Shown: positions 26,000-39,250, numbered from the stretch's first letter. The stretch: DNA of 64,000 nt from Octopus vulgaris (GCA_951406725.2 OX597814.1:68014001-68078000), one strand, 5' to 3'. The notes: a model not told the origin generated them from the sequence alone. Program-made: numbers and translations.

Positions 26000-28480
26000 T
26001 CAAGGTTTTAATGGGTCCACAAATGAGATTAAAGCCCAGCAAAAGAAAGGCATAGTCTGTCACAAATTATGCACACAAAAAGGTGGTTGGGATTCATTTT
26101 CTTGTTGATCGTAGCATTTTTGTTTAGATTTCTTTTGAGTTTCGCATGGGTCACCATAGTTCCTTCAAAAGTCTTCCCTCCACTCCACAATTTTGTTCGT
26201 CATCCAGGTCGATCCGAAACAAGGGTTTCCATGGCGTTTGGATTCATTCCAAGTGACTTCATGTTAGTCTTTATACAACCTTTAAACTTCTTTTTATGTT
26301 TATACTGATCGCGTTTCCCTTCTGCATTTCGCCATAAAATAACTGTTTGAGTGTGTGTTAAATCGCCATTCGAACAATGTGGCCAGACCATGATCATCTC
26401 ATTTGATTTTTAAAGGTCATTGATTTAAGTGAAGTGATGCCTGCAGATGCAAGAACATCTGGTCTCGAGTAAAAAAAAAAAGTTCCATTTAATGTTTCAA
26501 ATGCGGCGAAGGCATTTTTGATGTAACCGTTCTTTCGTAACAGGTCCTTGTTTCAGAGGAATACAACAGGGACGGTAAGACAAACGATTTGTAAAGAGCC
26601 AATTTTGTGTTGCTATTTATATATCGCTGGTGCTAAACGTGTAACTCCAATTCACGAAATGTTTGGACAGTCCTTTGAAATCGCAGGTGTATTTATGTGC
26701 CCGGATTTTCATCATTTTGTACAGAGCTGCCAAGGTAAATGAAAGAGTTAACAACCTCAAGTAACTTACCCTTAACGAACATTTTAGGGGGTTGCAACCA
26801 GCACCACGTGCAGTTTGAGACATCACAACTGTCTTTTTCAAGTTGATGGTCAAGTCAACATCATCACAAGCTGAGTCAAATGCAGATACAAGAGATTGCA
26901 AGCTTGTTTCAGAGTGACTGACTTAATCGCAATCGTCAGCGTATAAGTGTTCCCTAATGAGTGAAATAAACTCTTTATTTTGAGTTTCAGTCTGGTCAGA
27001 TTAAAAACCTTCTCTGTTGTTCGATATTTTATGTAAATACCCTCCTCAGAGTTTTGAAAATTGTGACAGCACAACAGAAAAATATATTGCAAAGAGGCTG
27101 GATGTGCCATTTCCTACGTCAAACGATTCAGAAAGCCTACCACCAAGATTCACCCTAGCTTTCATATTTTGATGCAAAACCCTGATCATGTTTACAAATT
27201 TCTCTGGTCAACGTATTTTTCCTAAAATTAACCACAGAGCATTTCGATTAACACTATTGAACGCTTTACTTAAATCAACAAAGCAATGGTATAGAGCAAT
27301 ATTCTGTTCAATGCACTCTTCCTGAAACTGTCTGATAATAAAGATACAATCAACCGTGTCCGTGAAAAAAAAAAGCGAAAACAACCCACACTGAGACTCA
27401 GACACTATATTTAGAACTATGAAGGAATTTAAACGTTTTAACAGAATACGGGCAAGTACCTTTCCAACTACAGGCAAAAGCGAAATCCCACGAAAATTAT
27501 CACAGATAATTTGGCCCCGATTTATGCCCCCTTCGCCCTGTGATTCCACCATTCCTGTTTAATTTTCCTTAGAGCAGTCTGCACTTTCCCCTTCAGCTTT
27601 TTTATAAGCTTCGTTTGAATTGACTGAGAAAGAAGTGTGTTGCATAAATTTTGTCTTCCTAAAAGCAGATCATGATATTCTGGTGATTTGTCTGAAAGCC
27701 AGTCACTGGACATACGGGATTTAAATCCCACTGACGGACTTGCAACCTGAAATACTTTTGTTTTGAAATCTCATAGATTGTTTGGATCAAGGGTGATACT
27801 TTCTATTGCATCGTGAAGTCTTAGCAATTACTTGGTAATTTGATATTTGCAACATTTATGTTTGGATCCTTTAGGACCAGACTGTCGACTTTTAGGCATT
27901 ATCAAAAACTTCCTTTTTCCACGCACTAGACGATGGTCAGTTCAGCTCTGTGCTCTTTTCATGGCCCGAGCATTAGAAACATCTTTCATATCACGCTTTC
28001 TGATCAAAATATAAACTATGAAATGCCAGTCCTTAGACCTTGAGTGCATCCAGGCGATTTTATATTTATTTTTCTGCTTATACAAAGTGTGGCTAATAAC
28101 CAAAACGCCAAAAAAGCTTCTCCATTCTCATAACCTTTTCCAGTCCCATGTCAGCCTAAAACAGGCCATGGAATGATGTCAGTTCCAATCCATGCATCGA
28201 AATCTCCTAATATGACCAGTTTGTTAGAAATTGGTACTTTCCTCAATAATTGTGCGAGATAATCACAGAACTGTGCTACAGTTTCATCAAAATGAGACAT
28301 TGTTGGTGCATAAATGCTGACAACGGTAAGAAATCTACCTTTTGTCAGTTTTATGCAACATGATATGGTTCGTTCAGATTTATCTCTTGGAAATTCTGCA
28401 ATGGTGGTAACCAATGAATTCTTGAGAGCAAACGCAACACCAGATTCTCTATCTGACCCTCAGGTAGGCCGCGCTAGAAA
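26000..28480 (-). mobile_element. RTE LINE, near full-length but decayed (APE, RT, C2H2)
   Basis: Motifs SIYAPTM..LGDFDA, NFRGISLL..VDLSKAFNSV, YADDC and terminal CIICDRLC. Confidence 0.9.
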
Positions 28481-28509
28481 CTAGTATATCCATAAATAGG
28501 TTCATTTAT

Positions 28510-28615
28510 TTGACCCACACTGGAGAGAGACGAGTTCCAGCAGCCGCTGGGTGAAAGACTGGATATGTCGTGGCTAATGATGCGCAGACATGCGGTGAGG
28601 CTGCGACATGTCACT
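28510..28615 (+). mobile_element. Short Tx1 fragment
   Basis: MSWLMMRRHAVRLRH matches MPWLMMRRHALRLRH at about 15535. Confidence 0.65.
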
Positions 28616-28616
28616 A

Positions 28617-28840
28617 TGTTACGGGACGTAAACACACCAACATCGGTTGTCAAGCGGTGTTGGGGGACAAACACAAAGAGACACGCACGCACACACATGG
28701 GTTTCTATCAGTTTCCATTTACCAAATCCACACTCAAAACCTTTGGTAGGTCTGAGGCTATAATAGAAGACTCTTGCCAAAAGTGCCATGCAGTGGTACT
28801 GAACCTTGAACCACGTGGTTGGGAAGCAAGCTTCTTGCTG
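28617..28840 (-). mobile_element. SINE family B, partial
   Basis: Reverse-complement match to the 17099 copy. Confidence 0.75.
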
Positions 28841-30489
28841 CACAAATATTTATATACACATACATACATACATTATATTCATACAGACACGAGACGTTAC
28901 TTTACACCTAGTAAGTGAAGTAATGTCGTTGAAATACTGACGTTAGGTAAACGCTGAATAAATTGTTTGGTGCATTCTTCCTCTTTTAAGATCAACTGTG
29001 TTTTGAAGGAGTTTCGCAGCCAATGTTAGCAGGTTGAGTTCTCTCATTCGCTTCTCGTTTCAAGTTATTGTTTTGCACCAGTTAGTCACGGACACAACAT
29101 ACCTGTGGTTAATTGCATTCCAACTATTATAGTTCTATGTTTTCCTTCCAAACAGCCAATGCTGCATCATTTAATGGGCCTTTTCTTTTTCAAGAGAATA
29201 GATTGTGATTTGCGGGCGATTTGGTTCTTGTTTCCAGTAGGTCAGATTGACCATATACAGGTTAGTTTGATGGGGCTTTTGCAACTCAGACTAAAGAAGG
29301 GTTGCGAGCCAAGGTTGGGTAGGCGGTGAAGAGCACGGTTTAGTCTGTCATAAGAAGTAGAAGAAATCTTCAGTTGTAATCGAAAGTAGCTTCACTTAAC
29401 TTTAGACTGTATTTTTTACCGTAATATTGTCCTTCATTCGACTGCATTAAGTCCGAAGCTGTCGAAAAACTGCAGATGATAATAATTACTATTGATTTGT
29501 TGCCACCAGTTATTGACTATTTCAAACTTGAAAAGTCAACTGCCTGCAAAATTGTCGTACAGTTCATTATCGTAAGCCATATTGAATGCAGACAGGGTTA
29601 TATGATTATCTAGTTCATTCTGTAACTACGTGGTTTAGGATCCGGTCTTATCGTGCAGTCATTTGGAAATTATTTTCTACTACAGTTTCCTCGACAACCA
29701 AAGCCGTGTGTGTGAAATTTGGTATTTTGCGATTGTGTGAAAGTAGTCAGAGGTATCGCTCTACTCCTTGGTTAATAAACATAATATCCTGGCTAAATAA
29801 CACATGGTCGATGGGCAACTTTAGTTAACTTTATTCTGCTGTAAGTGTTAAGGTCAAGTCTCCAGCCTGAGGAAGTGTCCTCCAGTCACCTCGTCAATAA
29901 TTGAGACCCGAAACGAGCTATGGTGGTTGCGGTTCCCCTTCTGACTAAACTGTAAAAAAGCATCTGTAATTCCCTTACTGTTATTCATTCTCAAGTAGTA
30001 ATGTACAATATTATCTTCGGAACGACTGATTTAATATTTCAAACTTATATAAAATGAGAAAAAAAGCATCTGAGAGATGATGCATACCATGCGTGCAGAT
30101 AAATTTTCCCGCAAATTAAAGTGTAGCTTACAGTGCGTTGCTTGCCCATGCTTTTTAAGTGAACTGAATTAATTTTTTTTAAGCATCACCATTATAAGTA
30201 TCAAAACTCCGGTCAAATTAAGAAATAAAATCGTAAATAAACGAAACCCTCAAATTTATCAATGTACACACACGCGCACGCACACACACTCGCACACATG
30301 AATACGCACACTGACTCGCATATCTATGTATGTGTTTACGTATGTATGTATGTATGTTTGTATGTGTGTATGTATGTATGTATGTATGTATGCACATGTG
30401 TCTATGCGCATAGGTACTCCAGGATCTATACACACACAGACGAGGGTCGATTCATATGAAAAAGAAAGTGAACAAAATAATATGGCCAT

Positions 30490-30716
30490 TTATCAGGAAA
30501 TTTGTAAGTTCGATTTAAAATATTTTTTTTGTCTTTTGTCTAAAGATAATCAAACCAAATGTTCATCATTCTGAGTCACTCGCCCAATGAGTATTTCTGT
30601 TAAATGCAGTGAAAATCCGTTCAGCCGTTTTTACGTAATTTTGCAAACACACAGGCAAACAGACAAAGACGAGTGATTACAATATCCTGCTTTCGCTTAT
30701 GCGCGCAGGATAATAA
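30490..30716 (+). mobile_element. Non-autonomous Helentron/HINE-like element end
   Basis: AAAATCCGTTCAGCCGTTT..(ACAG)-rich segment..GATTACAAT, then terminal hairpin TATCCTGC...GCAGGATA. Confidence 0.45.
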
Positions 30717-31810
30717 ATCAGTTTATGGAAATATATGTATACACTTAAAACATACATGTTTCAGGCACAGTCATCATTTGATTTTTAACATCTTTATTGT
30801 TGCGTTACGTACTAAGACTGGCTGTAGTCAAAAAAGGTAAAACATTCAATGAAAATTTCAATGATGGAATGTAGGCAAGTAGTAAGTGTGATGAGCTATC
30901 TGAACATCTGCTACAACAAAAGGTCACAACCATTTTGGACAAAGACCTCCCTTTTGACCCTTGGAGTCACAAAAGGCCACCTAGAAAATATTTTTATTTT
31001 TCAATATACTACTTATTTTGATATCAGATAATAAGGATTAAAAATATAGGACGTCGTTTTACATATGCGCTTGTACACAGTCGGGAGTATAAATGTACAT
31101 ACTGAAATGCAAAAATAGAAAAAAAGAAACGAAATAATGAACTGAAAGTTTGGTAATTGCGTTTATTTCCACTACGCGACACTTATGAGATCAGCGTGTA
31201 GTCTATGGAAAGAGTGCCGATTTCCCTTATCAAAATAGCTAAAATTTGTGCAACAATCTGACATATAAGTTATTGTCATCTGGGAGAGGATGTTTTTTGG
31301 TCAAGAAAGAGAGTGTATTTGATAGAAATTGCTGAAATACATATGTATTTCATTTGAGTAGCAAATTGTGGAGGATGGTACTCACTGTACTTGATTCAAA
31401 TTAGTCACAAAATCACCCACCTTTTAAAATGATGTAAAGAAATCTGAAAATTTGTCAGATTAAACATTCATTTCTTATTCAGGATCTAGTTTGTTTCGCT
31501 CACAAAATCTGCATTTTTTAAGAGGAAGCAAAAAATCTGAAAATTGGTTATCTTGATGCTTATTCCTATGCTTATTCCTATGCTTATTCCTATGAAATCA
31601 TGAAATTCTGAAGAAAAAAATTTGACGCATACACTTTCTTTTTAATTCGTGGTTTTAAAATACAGTCAGTCCGAATATACCATTCGTTTCCCTTTATAAT
31701 TCCAAATAATTTTCTAAATATTCCATTATTCTAATATCTCCTGAAACTTATACATGTATAAATGCTTACAGAAACATACAGATATATACACACACATATA
31801 TGTTTACAGA

Positions 31811-31852
<42 letters not shown>

Positions 31853-31857
<5 letters not shown>

Positions 31858-32569
31858 GAATAAATAATTAAATGGAGTTGAACGAAGATGTTAATAAAAT
31901 TCTTTTACTTTCGACATATGTTTCGAAGACAACAAGGTTTTATTCCAAAGGAATAAACGGTGTTAAAATGCAATCTTCTCATCAGGAAAGAAAGAGACCC
32001 TCTCTCAACAACAAGACAGATGACTGCCTATATGATAAACAGAACGTTATTAAGTATTAAAAAAAACCGTTAGTAGATTTGACGTCAAAGGCAGATAGTA
32101 GGAAGAGAAGGGTTAAAGAAATAATAAGTAGAGAACAAATAGAGAGGGATACGTTGATTAAAAAAATGTTCAAAGGCTTAGAAATAGACTTCTCTATTGA
32201 AGTAAAGTGCAAGTTAAACTAACTGTTCAAACTATAAAGACTGGCGAAATCACTTATATGAGTAAAATGTGTGTTTCTGCCAGAACTTCAAATCATTATT
32301 CATCATTCAGGGATAGCAAAAACCGCCATTGTACAGTAAATTGATTTGGCATCTTAAAGACAACAATAAAGATTTTAAGTTACATTGGTTCATACTGTCC
32401 GTATCCTTTCCTTTCGATATAACACACAAATTACTGCACATTAACCCGGAGTTTCTACCTTTGGATAGGTCGCTTCAACCGTGTTTCTGACGTGAATTTG
32501 CTACCCTGGTAACGGTTCATTGAACTTTCCATGTTAACGGTAAACATAGGATAATTCATTCACCCATTG

Positions 32570-32571
<2 letters not shown>
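31853..32571 (-). mobile_element. HHR-bearing PLE pseudo-LTR-like element between two (TA)n tracts
   Basis: Its terminus AATGGAGTTGAACGAAGAT is the reverse complement of the terminus at about 39743-39761. It carries the HHR at 31908-31990. Confidence 0.6.
31908..31990 (-). ncRNA. Type I hammerhead ribozyme, canonical core, extended stem II
   Basis: CTTTC-CTGATGA-GAAGA-[44 nt including hairpin TTTATTCC/GGAATAAA]-TCTTC-GAAA-CATATG-TC-GAAAG. Confidence 0.85.
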
Positions 32572-32625
<54 letters not shown>

Positions 32626-33586
32626 CAGAATATCTACACAACTGTGCCCCAAATATTTGCTTCTTCATAAGATTGAGAAAATTAAATATTTATTGTCTAC
32701 AAATATGCTTCAGATCATGTAGATTCCGATTAAGTTGGAATTCATTGTGAAAATCGTTTGTTTATACAGGGGTTTTAGAAAATTCACACAACTAGGCATT
32801 GTGGTACACACACACACACGCACACACACACACACACACACATACACACACACACACACACACATACACACAGACATGTATAGGATAAAACTTACTTGGA
32901 AGAAGATGCATGGCGTTCAATCATGTAATGATATAAATAATATATATATATAACACATATATACAAACATATATGTCATATATGTACATACATCTATACT
33001 TATATATATGCATATACATATACGTATAGATGTCTGTACATATACGTATGTATATATGCATATGTGTGTGTTATGCAGTGATATGTTGCATGTCCATACG
33101 CAATATTAGCAGACAGACAGCCGTACAGTAGTACGATATATAGTCCAAGTAGACGAAAGCCTTCTTTTTAGAAAAATGAAGTTGGAAGAGTGATTATCGT
33201 AACCGACGGTGTGCCAGTTTTTACGTGTGTATATATATTGTTTTAATTATATCTTTATACACGCGCGTACACACATAAAAAAACTGGCATTTCACATAAA
33301 AGTCCAGTATTATGTGAAAAAATGTGAAGACCGTCAATTGACTTTCTTCCATAAAAGTATTGAAAAATCATTTGGAAATAATCAAGAGAAACGAATGATA
33401 GATTCGGACTGTCGGTAATTTAAAACCACGAATAAAATATTGGAGTGGTGGGTGATTTTTTTCTTGCAAAATCATATCAATTCCATTATGCAGAAGACAG
33501 AATCGAAAAAGTTTTGTAAAAATTCGTAAAAATACAAAAGTTATGAGGGGTTTAACACGTGCCTCCATCACAATTCCGCTCATTCT

Positions 33587-33642
<56 letters not shown>

Positions 33643-33646
<4 letters not shown>

Positions 33647-33865
33647 AAAATTCTATAATTATGAGAATAATTATAATTAGGGTTCAGCAAAATTCGCTTT
33701 ACCACATACAGTTGTTGAGTATTGCTGTCTGGGAGATATCTTATGGTAGTAAAATAGTAGTTTAACTACTAATTCTAAATTTCGGTATGTAGTGAAGCAA
33801 ATTTTGCTGAACCCTAATTATACAAAATTCTATACTTATGAGTATAATTATAGAATTTTTGTATA
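33643..33865. repeat. Imperfect fold-back element next to (TA)n; related copy at about 40690-40880
   Basis: Arms TAATTAGGGTTCAGCAAAATT.GCTT.AC.ACATAC and GTATGT.GT.AAGC.AATTTTGCTGAACCCTAATTA. The downstream terminus AATTT.ACCCTTTATTATTA.TGAT is shared with the 40690 copy. Confidence 0.65.
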
Positions 33866-34060
33866 AGTTTACCGATAATGCTTCTTTTAACATACCAAAG
33901 TACTTGGAAAAAACTATTAATTATTAATTAATTAATTAATTAATGATTAATTAATTAATTAATTAATGATTAATTAATTAATTAATTTTACCCTTTATTA
34001 TTATTGATTATATATATATACATATATATAGATATGTTCATATATATACATATAAATATA

Positions 34061-34114
<54 letters not shown>

Positions 34115-34115
<1 letters not shown>

Positions 34116-34260
34116 TAGCAGTATCGCCCGGCGTTGCTCGGGTTTGTAAGGGAAATAACTATATAAGCATTTTTAAAGAGTTATAGCCAAAAAATAGTAA
34201 AAAAAATGCATTAAAAATGGAAAAAAATGATGGTAAATTTTCTTAAAAATCGTCATAATG
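34115..34260 (-). mobile_element. Helitron 3' terminus
   Basis: Minus strand shows hairpin CCCGAGC-AAC-GCCGGG, then 8 nt, then CTAG abutting T in a (TA)n tract. Confidence 0.65.
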
Positions 34261-34929
34261 TGACTTTTCATTCAAGAATTGTAAAGAAAAACATTTTTTA
34301 AATTTCAGGAGGGGGAAAAAAGAAAATTACATTGTTTTTTGCAAAAAATTATAATAAATATATACAAAAATTAAAAAATAGGTACTCTGATACATTGTAA
34401 AGTCTTTGTGTATCTTGAGTTTAATGATATTTCACGAAAAAATTACCCTGAAGTATTGAGATCCATAGGATTAAATCCATGTGTTGTTTAGTTTAATTAA
34501 GGGTGTCTCTTAAGTGAATGGCAAAACAGGAAGTAGTAGTCCAGTTGCTGTGCTGTGAATAAGGGGAGACAACTCTGGGTTTTAAGCTCTTCAATTTGTG
34601 TTTATCAATTTTTTGTAATAAAGGGTGTTAATAAACCTTAAATTATAAAATTATCATTTTAGCTTCATTTGCATTATCTTTTTTTATATAATTGTTTGGT
34701 AACTTAACATTCAGATTTTAACACTTTATTTATATTGTTTTCTAATTATATAAATTTGCATAAACCAATTTATAATTACATTTCAGATTGTTATGTCATA
34801 TATAATAACAATAATAATAATAATAATAACAACAATAATAATAATGATATTTTAAGAATATAGGTTTTAGCTTGAAGTGATAACTGCATGGTATCCTTAT
34901 ATATTTGTGTTAGTCCATCCATGAAGAAT

Positions 34930-37900
34930 GAGGTAGAAAAAAGAAGTATGATCAATGAGGAGTTTGCATATTAAGATGCGTTTTGAATTTTTCAATAAAG
35001 ATATTCTCCTTGTTAATTCTCTCCTGTGTGGTGATTCAGTCTTTACATTAGTAGAAGGGGAATATGTAGAATTTGGGATTTTTGTCTTTAGCGCATGCGT
35101 CTATGTGGTCACTCAGTGGGATTTGCCGGTATTCCGGGAGATTTATCTGTTCTTTATGCACCGCTACTCTTTTACGCAACGGGAGGCTCGTTTGTCCAAC
35201 ATAATTATGTTGGCAACCGGCGCATGTGAGAATGTAGATAAGTTTCTCGGAGGAACAGGAGAAGTTGGTCTTGATTTTAAACTTCGTTCCTTGTTTGAAG
35301 ATAAATTCAGAGCCTTCAAGCAGGAAGGGGCAGGTGCCACAGTTTGGGCGTGCACATTTTTAACTGCTGGGGGTGGATGTGGTGTGTGAAGTTTGGTATT
35401 TGTCAAGAGTTTTTTAAAGATTTGTGTTGCCTTTTACATTTGAGGATTTTGTGTGTATTTATAATGTCTTTCATTTTTGGGTCTGTTGACAGTAGAGTGA
35501 GGTTTTGTGGTGAATGCTTTTTTATTTTGTGGGTTGTGGGTGGAAATGTATGGAAGTATTTTGGGGTTGTGTGTGTTGTTGCGTTGGGTGGTTTTCAGTG
35601 TAATGTTGTCTAGTTCTTTGGCGCGTTTTATTCCATACTCTATAAGGGTGGAGGGATATTGGCATTGTAATAGTGTTTTTTTGAGGCCTTGAAGGCGTAT
35701 TTCTCGAGTTTTTTGATCCGAGACAATGGTGCATACCCTTTTAGCTAAGTTGAAAGGGATGTCTTGGTGTGTTTTGTGTGGCATGAACTAAAGAGGAGGT
35801 ATTGTTGTGAGTCTGTAGGTTTGTGGTAGATGTCTGTTATGATTTGGTTCTTAGGTGTTTTTATAATTAGGAGATCAAAGAGATGATGTTTGCTTAATTC
35901 CATAGTGAATTGGATGTTGGGATGTATGTTGTTCAGTATGGTTTTGAATTCCAGAAGTTTTTCATAAGATTCTTTCCATATGATGAAACAATCATCCAAA
36001 TACCTTTTCCAGTTTTCCATTAGGTAGGTGTAGAAAACATGTCCAAATTTCTGGCGTGATATCTCATAGAGTGATAGTTCGAAGAAACCCAATTTGAGGT
36101 TCACAAGGACTGGTGCAGCCTTGGTACCCATCGCAATACCGCATTTTTGACGGTAGTGTGTGTTGTCGAAGAGGAAATAATTGTTTGTCAGAATGAACTT
36201 GAGTGATTCCGTAATAAAGGTCTTGTGAATGCGGTGTTTTTCTAGCCAGAAATCAATTGCCTCAATACCATATTTATGTGGGATGTTGGTGTAGAGGTTG
36301 ATGACATTAAAGGATACCATGAGCGCCTCCTCGTTAACTGTTTTCGGGAGGTGTTTGAGCATGTGCAGATCATCCCTAATGAAACCTTTGATGTGGGTAA
36401 GGAAAGATTTCAAAAGGATGTACAGGAAATTACTTAAGTGGTGTGTTTCACAGGAGGTGCCAGCCACGATGGGCCTTAGTTTTAGGTCCTCCGGTGCTTT
36501 GATGTTGATGTGGATGTCAGAGGAGAGTTTGCAGGCTTCGGTGATATATTTGTTTTAATGGATTTTAGGAAGGCCATAAAAAAGGCTAGGCTTGCATTTG
36601 AAATTGGTGATATAATCTCTTTCTTTTTCTGTAAGTCCCTGACCGTGTTGGAGTATGAGTGTGGTGAGGTTTTTGATTGTCTTTTGTTGTTTATAGTTAG
36701 TTAGTTAGTTAATTTGGCTCAAAAGCAAATAGCAAGGCCATGTAGGGGGACATGGAGTTAAGTACAGGGTGGTGTTCATGTAAAAAGTTCAGGCCACTTG
36801 AGGTCAAGGGAGGCTTTGAACAAAGCGGTCGTCGGCATCTTCACCATCTCGTCTGGCAGCTTGTTCCACGGATTCGCAACCCGGACGGAGAAAGCTCCTC
36901 TCCTACGATTGAGATGAAATCGTCGCAGGTAGAGCTTTTCGGAATGACCCCGCAGCCGACGCTCTGGAGCAGGAGTGAAGAACAGTTCTTTCGAGAGGTT
37001 ACACTTTCCGCTTATGATGTTGTGGGCGAGAATGAGATCACCACGGCGGCGGCGTTTTTCAAGAGAATAAAGGTCGAGCGTCCTCAGCCTTTCTTCGTAG
37101 GACAAATTTTTGAGACCATGAACCATGCGGGTAGCCAGCTTCTGGACTCTTTCGAGATGATGTATGTCTTTGAGGAGATAAGGAGAAGAGGCTTGAATCC
37201 CATACTCCAATATGGGTTTCACCAGCGTGACATAGAGTGGTAGGAATATGGCTGCTGTGAGCATTCCGAATGACCGTCGAATCAAGAACAGAATTCCGCG
37301 TGCTTTGTTGGCAGCATGGACGCACTGGGCCGAAGGCGAAAAGGAGGAATCCACCAAGATACCTAGGTCCTTTACCTGATCGGTCCTCTCCAGCAGCAGA
37401 CGACCCGGCTCGAAATCAAGTTGAGTTGCAGGAGTAGAGCCGACAGGCAGACGACAGCACTTTGACACGTTCAGACACAGGTCCCAATTGTTAGACCACT
37501 TCCAAATTTGGTGGAGGCATCGACGAAGATCCTCTATATTACCGCGAGGAGCGACCAGTTTGATATCGTCGGCAAATAGAAGGGTGTGTTGCGTGAGGTC
37601 GTCGGGCAAGTCATTTATGAAGACTAAGAACAACAAGGGCCCCCAAGCACTGAACCTTGAGGCACGCCACTGCTCGCACTGGAGACGTCGGACCGCGAAC
37701 CATTAACTTGGACTTGGAAGGAGCGATCTGAGAGGAAGGCACCAACCCATCGTACAATATCCGGATGGAAACTATATGCTTGAAGCTTGACAAGCAATAG
37801 GCGGTGGTTTACCGAGTCAAAAGCTTTGGCAAAGTCCAGTAAAACGATGTCAACAGCATCACTATCATCGAGGATGCGCGTCACCAATTCTTCCATTACT

Positions 37901-39250
37901 AGTAGGTTGGTCAAGCATGATCTCTTCGGCACGAAGCCGTGTTGGGAATCAGAGATAGAGGCTGTGTTTAGGAGGTGGAGCATCATACTTTTCTTAAGGA
38001 TGGTTTCGAACATCTTGCTGATAATTGATGTAAGGGAAACCGGTCGGTAGTTAAGCGGGTCTTCGCGGCTCCCTTTCTTGAAAATTGGGCAGATTATCGC
38101 TGTTCTCCAGTCTGCAGGTATAACACCTGTCGCCAATGACATATTGAATATTGTTAATAACCTCATAGAAAATGTTGTTGTTTAGCATGGAAAGCACTAG
38201 GTGTTTATAAAACTCCGTGTCCATAAGGACCACAGCGCTCCCTTTGTCGGCTTATTTGATGGTAAGGTTTTTGTCCAGTTGTAGGTCACGTAGGTTTTTC
38301 TATTCTTCCCTACTGAAATTGGATTTTACCTTGGTTTTGCCTGGAATAAAGGGGAGACTCTGGATGTGTTTGCAAAAATCGTCCAGTGCCTTTTTTCTTC
38401 CTTTTGATGGTAGGAAGTTACTTTTGTTTTTGATCAATGAATCGTCCTCATTGTTGAGATCTGTCAGAGCTTCTGTTAAACGAAGTTTTCTGCAGAATTC
38501 AGAAAGTTGGGTGTTCTTGGGGTGGGTGTGAATTTCAAACCTCTTGCTAGGATGTTGATTTGGGTTGGTGTCAGTGTTTTGCTGGAGAGGTTTATAATTT
38601 TTGTCTTCTTATTTTGGGTCTGTGTTAGCGTGGTGTTTGTATTTTTCTCCTCTGTCTAAAAAATGGTTGTTGAAGTAAGGGGTGTATTGTTTATTAAAGT
38701 TATGGATGTATGTGTGTGTGTGTTTTTGGGTGGGGAAGTTGGAAGGGGGTAGGTAGTTGTAGTACTTATGTTGGTATGGGATGTGATGGTGTAAGGTTTT
38801 GTGAGAAATGCGGTGGGTTTGTGGGTGTTTGTATGGTAGATTGTATGGGGGGATGTAGGGGGTATGTATCTGTGGTGATTGGGTTCGTGTGGGATGTTAG
38901 GGTTTGGAGATCTGTAGGAAATGTGGTAGGAATGTGGTTGTTGGACGGGTGGACTATAAGGGTGATATAATCCCTTTCTTTTTCTTGTTTGTTATTAGCG
39001 CGAGAGAGGGGAGCATTGAGGGGGTAGATAATTCCTAGTGTATGGGTGGTTCCTGATGGTTCTTGTCGGTGGGAGAGGGGTGTTAGAATGACTAGAGATC
39101 CAGGTTTTGTGGTGGGTCTTGTTTGAGATATTTCGGGTGGGAAAGGGCTTTTTGTATGGTTGGGGGAAGTTGTGTCCTGTTTGGAGGGGGTTTGGAGAGT
39201 ATGTGTATTTGAGGTGTGGTTTGGGGTGGTGTTGACACATTCGAACACAC
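34930..39250 (-). mobile_element. Near full-length Penelope-like element (Naiad/Neptune-type), interrupted by a CR1 LINE
   Basis: Motifs IINLSS..ILARGLKF, ADKGSAVV, FYGLPKIH, LRPIVAGTSCETH, GIAMGTKAAP, WKRYLDDCF, linker CARPNCGTC, and GIY-YIG LIYILTCAGCQHNYVGQT..H..H. Confidence 0.9.
36696..38152 (-). mobile_element. CR1-clade LINE, 5'-truncated, young, with (TAAC)n tail
   Basis: Motifs NYRPVSLTS, QHGF..RSCLTNL, DFAKAFDSV, GVPQGSVLG, LFADDIKL and LERVQK. One frameshift in the G/C run at about 37640; tail at 36696-36712. Confidence 0.92.

Noticed and set aside
25780-26055. 89-aa plus-strand ORF after an acceptor-like site
   Set aside because: No recognisable domain or donor site, and the 3' part overlaps the antisense RTE tail.
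35030-35055. In-frame TGA in the PLE GIY-YIG region as possible selenocysteine (reported for some Naiads)
   Set aside because: The TGA is not at a conserved Cys, there is a TAA four codons earlier, and the sister copy near 7790 has sense codons. This is ordinary decay.
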